DNA of 64,000 bases from a bacterium (GCA_963662285.2 CAXXMV010000003.1:32001-96000); one strand, 5' to 3'. Counted from the first letter of the stretch, positions 18,706 to 29,857 are shown. Translations and numbers: made by a program. Notes: generated by a model from the letters alone, not told the origin.

Positions 18706-19634
18706 TTAGATGTCGCCTCCTGGGAGCGTAAAATCTCCACTGGAGCGAAATCATCCAACAGCACGTCAGCGTCAATATCTTGTTTGGATAAATCTTCGAA
18801 TGTTTCAGCGTAGGTCTGCAATGAAAAATCGAACTGAAAACGTTTTTGCAGAGCAGGCATCCTTTTTTCTAAAATCTCTTTGGTCATGATATTCTTATTT
18901 ACGTCCGCCATGATTATGTAATTACTGGAGGAGACGGCGTCTATCAGATATATATTGGGGAATACCTGCTGATAGGTTTTTATTTCAGAGCGATAGAATT
19001 GATCCGTGCTCGGACCCCAGACATTGGAAGCCAGAACGCCTCCCGGCGCCAGTTTCTGTTTTACAATCTCGAAAAATTCTTTGGTGGTAAGATGGAAGGG
19101 AATAGCCCGGTCATCGTAAGCATCCAGGAAGATCAAGTCATATTTATCACGGCATCGGCGTAGAAATTTACGGCCGTCCATGACGATAATTTTCATTTTA
19201 GCGGTCGGTTTGAAAAAGAAATACTTCTGCGCCGCATCCACTACCCCCTGATCGATCTCCACCACATCGATTTGCGCATCAGGGTAATGTTTGGCCATTA
19301 ATTTGGGAATTGATCCACCGCCCAAGCCGACGTAAAGAATCTTCTTGGGGTCTCCCTGCAGAAACGCGGGAACCACAAAACTGGCTTTGGTATAGGAGAA
19401 CTTCAACTCAAATGGATTTTCAATATTAACCGCGCTTTGGCTGCCCCTCATGCGGTTGAATGAGAGATAGCGGTAGCCGTCAACCTCGGAAACACGGATA
19501 TGGTGATAGAGTGAATCGCCTTCATACAGAACCTTTTCGTCATTCGACCATCCATAACTGAAGCAAACGCATACACTCAGATAAAGAATAATTAAAACTG
19601 GCAACTTTCTATTCATAATCATTTTCCTAAACAC
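18702..19634 (-). CDS. Spermidine-synthase-like SAM-dependent transferase with N-terminal signal/anchor
   Basis: VGLGGGS, VVEID, DGRKFL, DLIFLDAY, HLTTKEFF, LLDDFAPVE. Confidence 0.85.
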   Translation of the reverse strand: MFRKMIMNRKLPVLIILYLSVCVCFSYGWSNDEKVLYEGDSLYHHIRVSEVDGYRYLSFNRMRGSQSAVNIENPFELKFSYTKASFVVPAFLQGDPKKILYVGLGGGSIPKLMAKHYPDAQIDVVEIDQGVVDAAQKYFFFKPTAKMKIIVMDGRKFLRRCRDKYDLIFLDAYDDRAIPFHLTTKEFFEIVKQKLAPGGVLASNVWGPSTDQFYRSEIKTYQQVFPNIYLIDAVSSSNYIIMADVNKNIMTKEILEKRMPALQKRFQFDFSLQTYAETFEDLSKQDIDADVLLDDFAPVEILRSQEATSK

Positions 19635-19714
19635 TAAATATGCTCTCTTAAGAATATTGACTCAAAATATAAAAAACAGAATAAACAACAACATCCCATC
19701 ACACGTTAGTACGT

Positions 19715-21634
19715 ATGATGTTATCTTTAACTAAAACTAAATATAATAGGCTAAAAAGCATGTTACCACTATCTATTAAGAGGGCTTCTCACAAAATACC
19801 AGGCATTCTGTGTAGCCGATGGTTTCCATTTGCAGCGGTGGCTTTTGGACTTTTATTTACCTTTAGTGCAATCTGGACGGGGTGGTTTACTGATGACTAC
19901 TGGCACCGCATCGGTTATAGTGATTCACCAAAAATCGAGCAAACTTTTGGTGATTACAGCCTAACCCGTTTAACCGGTCCCATGCGGGCTTATAGTTTTC
20001 TTAGTGGTGACGAAGATAAAGTTAATTTCGCTAAAAATCAGGGCATGATGCCTTGGTGGATTGATGCAACATCGCACATCTGCTTGTGGCGCCCGATTGC
20101 CGGATTGCTGCTGGATGTAGATTACTCATTCTGGCCGCAAACGCCCGGCTTAATGCACCTGCATAGTTTGATATGGTTCGCAGGCTTGATTTTCGCCGCA
20201 TCAATATTATTTCGGAACATCATGGGCGCGGTATGGGCGGCGGGATTGGCTGCTTTACTCTTCGCCGTCGATGATTCCCATGCCTGGCCGGTTATTTTCC
20301 TGGCCAACCGCCATACGCTGCTGGCGGTATTTTTCGGCGCCTTATCGATATGGTCATTCGATCATTGGCGCAAGAAAGATGAAGGGAAATGGTGGATCAG
20401 TTTTATTCTGACATTCATCTGTTCCATACTCTCTTCTGAAGGCGGCATTGCTGTTCTGGCGTTTTATATGTCTTATCTTCTTTTTCTCGATAACAAATGC
20501 ATATCTTCTAGAATCCGCGCCCTGGTTCCCATTATTCTAATTATTGTGATTTGGCGCGTTGTTTACAATGTTCTCGGTTATGGGGCGATTGGAAATGAGT
20601 TGTATATTGATCCGGTGCGCGAACCAGTAATATTCATCGGTACGGCCATAGAGCGTTTGCCTATTCTGATTTTGGGATTAGTCGGTCTGCCGCCGTCAAT
20701 GGTTTATTTAGCATTTTCAAAGCAGGGCGCCGTTGTTTATAGCATCACGGCTTATCTGATTCTGTTCTCGCTGGCTTGGATCACTTTTCCTTTATGGAAA
20801 AAATGCAAAGTATCGCATTTCTGGGGCTGCGCCATGATAATGGCCTGCATCCCGCTATGTTCCGCTCTTCCTGGAAACAGAAATCTGGGATTGCCCAGCA
20901 TCGGCGCTTTAGGGCTTATCGCTCAACTTTGTTATAACTTAATTCAACAACGGCGCATCCTGATAAAATCCAGTTTCCGAAAATTCGCTATTTGGTGTCT
21001 GGTGGGTTTTGGTTTTGTAATCCATCTGGTAATTTACCCCGCCATCCTGGGAGGCACTCCATTTGCATTCAAGATGCTTCAACAGGGAATAAACTATGTT
21101 GTACGATTTAGTGAATGGGATGAGCAGATAGAATCTAAAGACGCCATTTTCGTTAATACGCCAAACTCTCTCCTCTTCAGTTTCTGCACTCCCTTCCGCA
21201 TCTTGAATGATTTGCCGATCCCTAGACATCTAAGGATACTGTCTCCCGGTCGTGAACCGATTGAAATAAAACGAATCGATGAAAAAACAATCTCAGTAAA
21301 ACCGGAACTTGGTTTTCTTCCTCCCGCAGACGCAAGTCTGAAAAAGAACCCGACGCTGCTGGATCATATAAATCAAAAGAATGCCGATAGAAGATTCGAA
21401 CGCATTATTCTCAGACGCGATACCAAATTCCATGCCGGACAACAAACCAAACTGGATGGAGTACGGATTGAGGTTACCTCAATTACTGAAGACAAACGCC
21501 CTCTAGAAGTACAATACAATTTTGAACATCCCCTGGAAGATGATTCTATGGTCTGGTATTTCTGGGATAATAATCATTTACGTTTTTCTCCTTTCACCAT
21601 CCCTGCAATCGGAGAAAACATGGTGCTGAAATAA
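19715..21634 (+). CDS. Polytopic membrane protein, GT-C-like glycosyltransferase candidate
   Basis: About 11 TM segments, TDD acidic pair after TM1, WRP motif, soluble C-terminal domain. Confidence 0.55.
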   Translation: MMLSLTKTKYNRLKSMLPLSIKRASHKIPGILCSRWFPFAAVAFGLLFTFSAIWTGWFTDDYWHRIGYSDSPKIEQTFGDYSLTRLTGPMRAYSFLSGDEDKVNFAKNQGMMPWWIDATSHICLWRPIAGLLLDVDYSFWPQTPGLMHLHSLIWFAGLIFAASILFRNIMGAVWAAGLAALLFAVDDSHAWPVIFLANRHTLLAVFFGALSIWSFDHWRKKDEGKWWISFILTFICSILSSEGGIAVLAFYMSYLLFLDNKCISSRIRALVPIILIIVIWRVVYNVLGYGAIGNELYIDPVREPVIFIGTAIERLPILILGLVGLPPSMVYLAFSKQGAVVYSITAYLILFSLAWITFPLWKKCKVSHFWGCAMIMACIPLCSALPGNRNLGLPSIGALGLIAQLCYNLIQQRRILIKSSFRKFAIWCLVGFGFVIHLVIYPAILGGTPFAFKMLQQGINYVVRFSEWDEQIESKDAIFVNTPNSLLFSFCTPFRILNDLPIPRHLRILSPGREPIEIKRIDEKTISVKPELGFLPPADASLKKNPTLLDHINQKNADRRFERIILRRDTKFHAGQQTKLDGVRIEVTSITEDKRPLEVQYNFEHPLEDDSMVWYFWDNNHLRFSPFTIPAIGENMVLK

Positions 21635-21688
21635 ATTCCGGGGAAGGAGTGAGATATTCATCCTCCTACCCCGTGAATTCTATTTTCT

Positions 21689-22048
21689 TCAACTGGCGCT
21701 TGATTCTTCCAACTTCTGGATGCGTTGATTGATGCTTTCCAATGTGTTTTGAATAGAATCAGCTTGCGCTTTGAGTAAATCCAATTCTGGATTAGAAGCC
21801 GCCCTAGGTTCTATTGGCGTTTGAACTACCAGTTGCGGGCTTTGAATGACTGGTTGCCGACGCCATGCATAACCTCTACCGAAACCACGGCCTTGTCCTG
21901 CTCCCATACCCCGGCCCAAGCCTCTACCGAATCCCCGGCCCATTGGAGCGCTCTGGTATCCTGGAACACTATTGCCTGTGCAATAACCTGCTTGACGGCC
22001 AGTCATGGGGCCTAATCCTGCTGGACCTGTTCTGTCTCCTCCTGGCAT
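21689..22048 (-). CDS. DUF5320-like Gly/Arg-rich protein
   Basis: MPGGDRTGPAGLGPMTGR.AGYC start, GRG repeats, C-terminal coiled coil. Confidence 0.85.
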   Translation of the reverse strand: MPGGDRTGPAGLGPMTGRQAGYCTGNSVPGYQSAPMGRGFGRGLGRGMGAGQGRGFGRGYAWRRQPVIQSPQLVVQTPIEPRAASNPELDLLKAQADSIQNTLESINQRIQKLEESSAS

Positions 22049-22111
22049 GATATTTCTCCTTAAGCAACGGTTTTCTTCTGAAAACCTGGTTTTTTTTTCA
22101 ATATGGTAATA

Positions 22112-22127
22112 TGCATAAAACGTACCA
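22112..22127 (-). promoter_or_regulatory. Sigma-54-type promoter candidate
   Basis: TGGTAC-GTTTT-ATGCA on the minus strand with GG-N10-GC spacing, about 65 bp upstream of the DUF5320 start. Confidence 0.5.
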
Positions 22128-22256
22128 TATTGTTTGAGTTTTTTAAGTATAGAAAATTCAGAGGAATATGGTGGTTTATGTTCCAGCGGGATTAAATGAT
22201 AGTCTTGAAACGCGACTTGTATTAATTAACAGAGTCGCGTTATGCTATTGTAGTAT

Positions 22257-24185
22257 TTAGCGAATACTCGAAACTGAATAGGTGGTTAATTTGAAAACCA
22301 GTTGTTGATACATCTCGTTGATCTCTTCAGTAAATGATTCATGTTCTTCGCGGATCGTTTCGCGCACGTCTTTTCTCAATTTATTGTATTTGCGTTTGGC
22401 TTCAGCCAGTGTTTCATCGCGTAATCGGCGGTATTCAATTAAAAGGGATTCACTGGAGCGGGCGGTGCTATCTCTATATTGGTTCATCATTTGAGAAAAA
22501 GCTTCACGTTTTTTTGAGAAATAATCCGCCAGCCTGAAAGCCTCGAAGGCCGAGCGGGTTATTTCGCGGAAATGATGTCCCTGGATGCCCAGGCTTACAG
22601 CGGTCACGAAGAAACTTGGTTTACGTAATGCCGTGCTGATTAAGAATTTAGAGGCGCACCAGCGGTATGACTTAAATGGCGCAATAACCAGGTAACTGAT
22701 GAAGGCGCGAAGTTCTTCCCACCGGATGCGCAGAGAGAAATCCAGGTATTTAGGCGCAGTCCATTTTTCGCGTAGTTTGACGCAGCGCTTGAAATATGCT
22801 GAGAGGTTTAATGGATAAATAGACTGGAGAATGGCTTGATAATCTCTAATTACATCCATCATGGGACGTTTAGGTATAAAGTTGGTTTGAAAGTCATGGG
22901 TGTTATTGCCGCTGGCTTTGCTCAGAAGCCGCCCTTCTCGTTTGAGTCTATCATAGAGGTCAGTTTCGGGCAGAGCCTGCAACAAACCAACCATGGCGAC
23001 GGGAATTCCCAGTTCCTGGATGAAATCAATCATCTGCTCTTTGATATCTTTAGGATCATTATCAAAACCAAGGATGAAGCCAGATGTGACCTGCAGCCCG
23101 TGGCGTTGGATTTTCTCAACTTTTTGGGCAATGCTTCCCTTTATATTAATATGCTTGCGCGTTTCCATCAGACTTTCTTCAGAAGGCGTTTCGATGCCGA
23201 CGAAAACCATATCGAATCCGGCGTTATGGAATCCATCCAATAGTTCCTGATCGTCCGCGATGGTAAGCGTGCCTTCGGTAGAGAGTTGAAATGGATAGTT
23301 ATGATCATGTTGCCATTGAGTTAAAGCAGACAGAATGTCTTTGGCTCTCAGTTTGTTGCCGATAAAGTTATCATCGACGATGAATACAGGACCCCGCCAT
23401 TTCAGTCTATATAATTCATCCAACTCCCTGGTCATGTTTTGCGGGGATTTACAGCGCGGCTTCTTGCCGTAACGCCGCCAGATGTCACAGAACTCACAAC
23501 CAATCGGGCAACCCCGTGAGGCTTGCACCGACATGTTCCTGTAGGCTTTTTGTTTAAATAGGTCAAATCTGGGTATAGGCGCTGAATTTATATCGGGATA
23601 TTGATCAACTAGTTGTATGTCAGCGTCATCTCCGAAAAAGGAGTAGACCGCATCCATCTCATTTTTTGATACAGGTCTGCTGTATGCCCGCTTCGCCTGA
23701 CCGATAGAGAAATCATCCCAGAATTGGTGGATGATATTCTCTGCTTCACCAATAACGAAATGATCCACTCCATCAAGTTCCCGGTAGGCGGAGGAGGGAT
23801 AGGGGCCGCCGGCGATTACGGGGATAGAGAACCGCCTGGCGCGTTTTACGACTTCATCAAAAGAGTCTTTCTGCACGATCATAGCTGATATTAGTACTGC
23901 GTCGGCCCATTGCAAATCTTTATCGGTCAGCGGCTCAATATTCATATCAATAAGTCGAAGATCGCATGACTCAGGCAGCATGGCGGCAATTGTGGCAAGC
24001 CCCAATGGAGGAAATGCGCTCTTCTTGCCCAACATCTTCAACGCAGTGCTGAAACTCCAATAGGTCATTGATGGGATTGTTGGATAAACCAACAATAAAT
24101 TCCTGGGGGGAGTTCGTCTGCCGTCGCATTGAATTGTAGGATTAATATTAGATTCAGGTGAAGATGCATCGGGTAATCTAAACAT
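22257..24185 (-). CDS. B12-binding radical SAM protein (DUF4070-type C-terminus)
   Basis: PPLGLAT, GGPYPS, SRGCPIGCEFC (CxxxCxxC), VDDNFIGN, GFILGFDND. Confidence 0.9.
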   Translation of the reverse strand: MFRLPDASSPESNINPTIQCDGRRTPPRNLLLVYPTIPSMTYWSFSTALKMLGKKSAFPPLGLATIAAMLPESCDLRLIDMNIEPLTDKDLQWADAVLISAMIVQKDSFDEVVKRARRFSIPVIAGGPYPSSAYRELDGVDHFVIGEAENIIHQFWDDFSIGQAKRAYSRPVSKNEMDAVYSFFGDDADIQLVDQYPDINSAPIPRFDLFKQKAYRNMSVQASRGCPIGCEFCDIWRRYGKKPRCKSPQNMTRELDELYRLKWRGPVFIVDDNFIGNKLRAKDILSALTQWQHDHNYPFQLSTEGTLTIADDQELLDGFHNAGFDMVFVGIETPSEESLMETRKHINIKGSIAQKVEKIQRHGLQVTSGFILGFDNDPKDIKEQMIDFIQELGIPVAMVGLLQALPETDLYDRLKREGRLLSKASGNNTHDFQTNFIPKRPMMDVIRDYQAILQSIYPLNLSAYFKRCVKLREKWTAPKYLDFSLRIRWEELRAFISYLVIAPFKSYRWCASKFLISTALRKPSFFVTAVSLGIQGHHFREITRSAFEAFRLADYFSKKREAFSQMMNQYRDSTARSSESLLIEYRRLRDETLAEAKRKYNKLRKDVRETIREEHESFTEEINEMYQQLVFKLTTYSVSSIR

Positions 24186-24343
24186 TATAAACGCTCCTCA
24201 ACACAACCATTATTAATATGAAATATACCCGTGATAATATCTAAAACAATGGGGTATAGTATTATTTTACCAAAAATTCTTATACGATTGATTCAACATA
24301 ATAAAAGTTGGATTATTACTTATTTCCATAAGGAGAATACAGC

Positions 24344-25108
24344 ATGAGAGTAACAAGTTTGTATTTGTTGGCGTTACTAATTATCTTTGTTGGTTCCATG
24401 ACCACATTAGCCCAGGATGAAGAAGTACGCTATTTCGCTGTTTTAGAGGATCAAGTAAAACCAGCCATGATTTCTGCTTATGAAAGTTCTTTGATGGACC
24501 TTAATGAACTTATGCAAGAGAAGGGAATTGAGTCATATATTGGACCTGTCTTAAGCCTGAGTGAGACTGCTGCTTATCTTAAGATATTTCCACCGGTAAA
24601 GAACTACTGCGGTATAGAAAAGATAATTAGTCAAACCTCTGATATCGCAAAAATCGATAAAAAACTGGATGACAAGATCCAAGTATCGAAAGAATACCAG
24701 AAATGGTTGATTGTCCGCCAAAGACCTGATTTATCTTATCATCCAGAGGATGTAACCAGTGATTTGGAAGAAAACAGTTATTATCATTTCACTTATTTCT
24801 GGGGATTCAACGATCAGAAAACTGCATTGGAAGATTCATGCAAGGAGTGGGTTGAACTCTATAAACAAAATGAAATTCAAAACGGTTATATAGTGTTTGA
24901 AGCGGTGATGGGAGAAGAATTACCCTTGCTGATATTTATGTATACCGCTAAAAATCCCGCTGATTTTTATCAAATCAGAAATGAAATATCCCAAAAGTTG
25001 GGCTTTAGTGAAGTTAAACTGATGGAAAAGAGTATGAAAGTTTGCCGTAAATATGAAGTGAAAAGCGGTCTGTTGCGGCCTTATCTATCAAATATGAAGG
25101 GGTGGTGA
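24344..25108 (+). CDS. Secreted hypothetical protein, two ferredoxin-like (NIPSNAP-like) halves
   Basis: Signal peptide, RBS AAGGAG; both halves end in RPDLSY / RPYLSN. Confidence 0.6.
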   Translation: MRVTSLYLLALLIIFVGSMTTLAQDEEVRYFAVLEDQVKPAMISAYESSLMDLNELMQEKGIESYIGPVLSLSETAAYLKIFPPVKNYCGIEKIISQTSDIAKIDKKLDDKIQVSKEYQKWLIVRQRPDLSYHPEDVTSDLEENSYYHFTYFWGFNDQKTALEDSCKEWVELYKQNEIQNGYIVFEAVMGEELPLLIFMYTAKNPADFYQIRNEISQKLGFSEVKLMEKSMKVCRKYEVKSGLLRPYLSNMKGW

Positions 25109-25237
25109 TATCACTTCCTCAAGCCTGGGGAAGGATTAAGAGATTGAAGCGCAATCCCCCTCTAATTCCCCCAAACTTGGGGGGAGAATATGTTACTCTC
25201 CAATATGCGGGGATAGTGATAATTCTCACCCTCTCAT

Positions 25238-26626
25238 TCAATCTGTTATTCCCTTTTCTGAAACAACTACACGGATGGTATTGAAGAGGATTTTCAGATC
25301 GAGCAGGATCGACATGTTATTTATATAAGCCAGGTCATAGCGTAATTTATGTTCGACGGGTGAATTATAGAAACCGTGTATCTGGGCTAATCCGGTTACG
25401 CCGGGTCTGACTGATTCGCGGATGCCATATAAATGAATATCCGTCTTATATTTTTCCACAAAATGGGGACGTTCCGGTCTGGGGCCGACCAGGCTCATAT
25501 CTCCCTTAAGTACGTTAAATAACTGAGGAGTTTCGTCCAGTCTCCAGCGGCGCAGTATGCGTCCGATTGAAGTGACTCGCGGATCATCCGCCCAAGATTT
25601 TACTGGACCTGTATCAGTTTCAGCGTCGTTGAACATGGTGCGGAATTTATAAATTCGGAAGGGCGCTCCGTCTTTACCAATGCGTGTTTGTCTATAGAAG
25701 ACATCCCCCTCGCTGCTCTTTTTTATTAATAAAGCGATAACAGGAATAACGGGCGCTAATAAAATTATAAAGATAGTTCCAAATACCAGGTCGAAGGCGC
25801 GTTTGCTGAACAACATTAAATCATCGGTTGTCTCTGATTCTACCGTAATGAGGGGAATCCCGGCAACCTGTACTACTTCGACCTGTCCGATAATCACTTC
25901 GTATAATTCAGGCAGCAAACGCACGATGCAGCCGGTTTCCTGGCAAGTGGATAATATGTCTAAAAGTTCCTGGCGGTTCGCCGCCTGACAGGTAACAATA
26001 ATCTCGTCAATTCTATGTTCTTCAACCAAAGACCCTAAATGGCTCATTTTTCCTAATATGGGAGTGTTTGGTCCGGGGCTTTCGATATTGTCATCAATCA
26101 GGCCGATAACTTCATGACCCAAGCGGGAATACTGTTTAATATCCTCCAGAACGCTTTCTCCCAAGGCGCCAGCGCCAACTATCAAAAGACGGGTTTTGTC
26201 ATAAGCCCACTTGCGCCGCCGGGTCAGGTATAGCAAACGCCATGCACAGGCCAGCCACCAACTTAATAAGAAGTTTATCAGTAAGATGTATCGTGAAATC
26301 TGATGCGAGACGTCTTCTTGAAATGCGCCGACGTATAAAATGGCCAGAATCTCAATGAAATGCGCTAAAAGCGAAGCCCAAAAAGTGAAATATATGATAT
26401 CGAACTTAGTCAGATTACGACGGAAATCATAAAGACGGAAATAAAAGAAGGAACTGATTCTAACTACTATAATTGGTATAAAAAGAGTTGTGTATATGCT
26501 CAGATTCTCGGTGCGCAGTTCCTGGAAATGAATCAGGAAAGCCAAAGCGAGAGAGGCTGCAATAGTAGCAATATCAACCGTTATAAATTTCCCGATTGGT
26601 CCTTTGGGCGCTCCTCTTGTTTTCAT
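25238..26626 (-). CDS. Undecaprenyl-phosphate sugar phosphotransferase (WcaJ-like)
   Basis: TM region, IVGAG domain, KRAFD, YKFRTM, RLDETPQLFNVLKGDMSLVGPRPERP. Confidence 0.93.
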   Translation of the reverse strand: MKTRGAPKGPIGKFITVDIATIAASLALAFLIHFQELRTENLSIYTTLFIPIIVVRISSFFYFRLYDFRRNLTKFDIIYFTFWASLLAHFIEILAILYVGAFQEDVSHQISRYILLINFLLSWWLACAWRLLYLTRRRKWAYDKTRLLIVGAGALGESVLEDIKQYSRLGHEVIGLIDDNIESPGPNTPILGKMSHLGSLVEEHRIDEIIVTCQAANRQELLDILSTCQETGCIVRLLPELYEVIIGQVEVVQVAGIPLITVESETTDDLMLFSKRAFDLVFGTIFIILLAPVIPVIALLIKKSSEGDVFYRQTRIGKDGAPFRIYKFRTMFNDAETDTGPVKSWADDPRVTSIGRILRRWRLDETPQLFNVLKGDMSLVGPRPERPHFVEKYKTDIHLYGIRESVRPGVTGLAQIHGFYNSPVEHKLRYDLAYINNMSILLDLKILFNTIRVVVSEKGITD

Positions 26627-26850
26627 TTATGTTCCCCAACTAATTATTTTAATTAACCAAAATGCTTAATCTTCATTAAAACGAAATGAAAATGAATAGG
26701 TTATGGCGTTTCATGCGTTATAATTATGAATATCACTCTAAACGTTATAAAAAAATTTGAATTATTTTGGTATTGATTTAGTCAATAATGATGACCTTAT
26801 TCGTAATAGAGCGATTATCAGAATTTGTTCGTTTATTACCACGTTTGGTT

Positions 26851-26884
26851 TTCGTAGAAGCCAATCTTTTCTGGCTTCTACGAA
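26851..26884. repeat. Perfect 13-bp hairpin, GTAG/CTAC REP-like
   Basis: TTCGTAGAAGCCA-N8-TGGCTTCTACGAA between divergent genes. Confidence 0.55.
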
Positions 26885-27073
26885 TCGCCAATCAGAACAT
26901 TATTATGACAACTACTCTATAAGTTACTCTATCACTCTCCTTCTTTTCACCCAAGCCATTACATTTTGAAAGGAAGACAAAATGAGATATTTTTGCTAAG
27001 GTGTATTTGTCCGAATAAGCATTTATTCATTACATCAATTGCATCTTTATCGTTTTATCATTTTAATAATGTT

Positions 27074-29857
27074 ATGATTGATATAAACAAAACTGAAATA
27101 TGCGGTATACCATCCCTTTCCCGGAGGGATGCGTTATATGCGTTTATTTTAATAATCATTGCCGTATCCTTCCATGTTGCCATAGTCTTCGAAGCGCAAA
27201 TACCGCTTGACGAAGATTCGATGCTCTTCTTTTATCCTCTACGGGCCATGCATGGCGATTCGGAAATCGGTTTCTGGAATCCCTATATGTTCTGTGGTTT
27301 TCCCCGTGAAGCCAATCCACAATCACAACTGCTTTATGCTCCCAATCTTATTTTCTATTTTTTCCCTACGCATATAGGTTACGCCATACTGCTGGCCGGG
27401 CATATCATACTGGGCGCTTTGTTGATGGCGTTTCTTTTGCGGGGTTTGAAACTCTCCTCAGAAGCGGCGTTATTCGGTGGATTGACCTTTCTGCTCTGCA
27501 CTTTCTGGAGATGTAAAATAACCAACCTGGGGCTGTTGGAGGGCATTAGCTGGCTGCCTGGCGTTTTATATTTTTATCTATTGGGATTGGAAACAAAAAA
27601 GTGGACTCCCTATATCGCATCAGCCTTGCTGCTAGCTATGGCAATTCTGGCGGGCGTCCCTCATACCGTAGTCTACGCATTGATATTCTTGTCATTTATT
27701 ACGATAGGATACGCCGTTTATCGCCAACAATCCTCTTCTTCACTGTTGGTCGCGCTTTTAGGAACAACTCTTTTATCGGTTATCCTCACAGTTGGAATGT
27801 GGCTGCCTGCGCTGCTTTATCTACCTGAATCCGGTCGAACCTACCTGGAATTATCTAAAGCCCTGGAGGGATCAATCGGATGGGGGGATATTTGGAAAGT
27901 ATTTTTCGGAGGCATGTCGCAACCGGGCATCAGCCGTTGCGAACCCTGGGAAGGAACCTGTTATATCGGGGCCACGGCGTTATTCTTTCTGCCAGTAGGT
28001 TTTTTCAATATGCCCAAAAGGCTTCGTCTGGGATTGGTTTTCGCTTTCATCTTCACTATCCTCTGTACGCTCGGCGCCGAAGGTATGCTCTATCCCTTGC
28101 TTTATAGGTTCTTCCCTGGTTGGAGCACGCTGAATCTTCCCAATCGCTCATTGCTCATAGCCGCTTTATCATTGCCCATTTGCTCCGCCTATGGCTTGCA
28201 AGCCTGGCTTAACCGGGAGGTTCTCTCCAAACAACGTTTATACGCTTTACTTTTTTTCGCTGTAATTTTACTGTCGATTGTAGTTTTCGCTGGTTATTCA
28301 AATCCTCAAACCTGGACGGCTCTAGCGCATTCCGCATTGACTCAGACCTTCAATCCTGATTCGATCACAGATACTCAATGGGCGCTGGTTTCCTTCTCTT
28401 TGTGGACGGCTTTAACTTGTTTATCAGCAGTCATTCTGGTGTATAAAAAGAGCAATAAGTCTTTGATCATCGTTTTATTGCTGGTTCTTTTAATTGCTCA
28501 ATCCGCCTTATATTCTCAAAGGCTTTTTTTACAAACCGGATCACCGGATTTATTCATGAAGCCCCGCAATGTACGTCTGGCGGATAAACAGACCGAACCA
28601 GGGTATCGCGTTTGTAGTTACGTTCCCATGATAGATACTGGGAGCGATGTACGCATGCCTATACTGCGTCCTGCCATGATGCACCGGCTGCCTGAAGTTT
28701 ATCGATTGCCGGAAATACAGGGTTACGATCCTCTATTTCCCAAAAGATATGGCGAACTGGTTCGTCAATGGGCGGATCATTCGACCGCTACAGATAAAAC
28801 CCGCACCATACGGTTGAAAAAACTTCCATCTCGTCTGCTGGATATATTGTCGGTAAGTACGGTTATTGGATACCCCAATCAGGAAATACTCTATACGGGT
28901 AAAGGAGCGGAATTGAATGAACCGGGACGTCTGGGAAGTAAGGCCAAGGCGCCAAAAACAGTTGAATCAGTCATGTTCCGCTGGCTGCTGGCCGGGGCAT
29001 TCAATGCGCCCCATGGCGCTATTGCGGCGCGGGTTAATGTTACTAATGCCAGTGATATTGTCCAGACATTTCCAGTTCGCGTCGGTCAGGATATTGCAAA
29101 TTATATAACCATATATCCTGATCATACCGCCAATCATAAACAAGCCAGGATTTTCAGGTGGTTTCCGGTACCCTCAAAAGCAGGTTATATGTCGGTTAAT
29201 CAATACAGCGCTGTATTTAAGTTAGATAAACCTTCAATGGCTGATGGAGTATTCGTCGATTTTCTATTGCCCAATTCCAAACTGGTAATCATGGAAATAG
29301 ACTTTCTGACTGATGATCATCTAGGATTGCAATTAACTAATGCTGCGTCAGAACTGCCGGTTTATAAGAATCCCACTGTATTTCCCCCGGTCTACCTGAC
29401 CCGTCGTCTGGCGCGGTATGAACGTTTGACTGAACTTATTTCTGGATTTGAGTCATTAAAAGCAGATGAAGAAATCCCGGTATTCTTTCCTGTAGGAGAA
29501 GAAATAGCATTTGAATCTTCGCCTGTTTCCATACCTCGAAGCGAACAGACAACGGTTAAATATAATCGCCTGAATTCTGATATTATTCAGCTCGATACCC
29601 GATCCCAATATGATGGATTCCTGGTTATTACCGAAAACTATTCACCCAATTGGCAGGCGACAGTGGATAATCAGGATGTGAAGATCATGCGCGCCAACCA
29701 TTCCTTCATTGCTATCCCCGTTTCTGCGGGTGAACACGCTATAACGCTGCATTACTTTCCCTGGAATTTCATTATCGCCGTATCTATCGGCGGTATGATT
29801 TTCTGTTGCTTAATTCTTATTCTGGTTATACATCCAAGACATTGGCTGCTGCCATAG
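27074..29857 (+). CDS. YfhO-family polytopic membrane protein (GT-C-like)
   Basis: WNPYMFCGFP..ANPQ..LY.P N-terminus; C-terminal YSPNWQATVD..I.RAN..F.AI.V.AGEH.I.L.Y.P; ATG 27074 preferred to TTG 26966. Confidence 0.8.
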   Translation: MIDINKTEICGIPSLSRRDALYAFILIIIAVSFHVAIVFEAQIPLDEDSMLFFYPLRAMHGDSEIGFWNPYMFCGFPREANPQSQLLYAPNLIFYFFPTHIGYAILLAGHIILGALLMAFLLRGLKLSSEAALFGGLTFLLCTFWRCKITNLGLLEGISWLPGVLYFYLLGLETKKWTPYIASALLLAMAILAGVPHTVVYALIFLSFITIGYAVYRQQSSSSLLVALLGTTLLSVILTVGMWLPALLYLPESGRTYLELSKALEGSIGWGDIWKVFFGGMSQPGISRCEPWEGTCYIGATALFFLPVGFFNMPKRLRLGLVFAFIFTILCTLGAEGMLYPLLYRFFPGWSTLNLPNRSLLIAALSLPICSAYGLQAWLNREVLSKQRLYALLFFAVILLSIVVFAGYSNPQTWTALAHSALTQTFNPDSITDTQWALVSFSLWTALTCLSAVILVYKKSNKSLIIVLLLVLLIAQSALYSQRLFLQTGSPDLFMKPRNVRLADKQTEPGYRVCSYVPMIDTGSDVRMPILRPAMMHRLPEVYRLPEIQGYDPLFPKRYGELVRQWADHSTATDKTRTIRLKKLPSRLLDILSVSTVIGYPNQEILYTGKGAELNEPGRLGSKAKAPKTVESVMFRWLLAGAFNAPHGAIAARVNVTNASDIVQTFPVRVGQDIANYITIYPDHTANHKQARIFRWFPVPSKAGYMSVNQYSAVFKLDKPSMADGVFVDFLLPNSKLVIMEIDFLTDDHLGLQLTNAASELPVYKNPTVFPPVYLTRRLARYERLTELISGFESLKADEEIPVFFPVGEEIAFESSPVSIPRSEQTTVKYNRLNSDIIQLDTRSQYDGFLVITENYSPNWQATVDNQDVKIMRANHSFIAIPVSAGEHAITLHYFPWNFIIAVSIGGMIFCCLILILVIHPRHWLLP

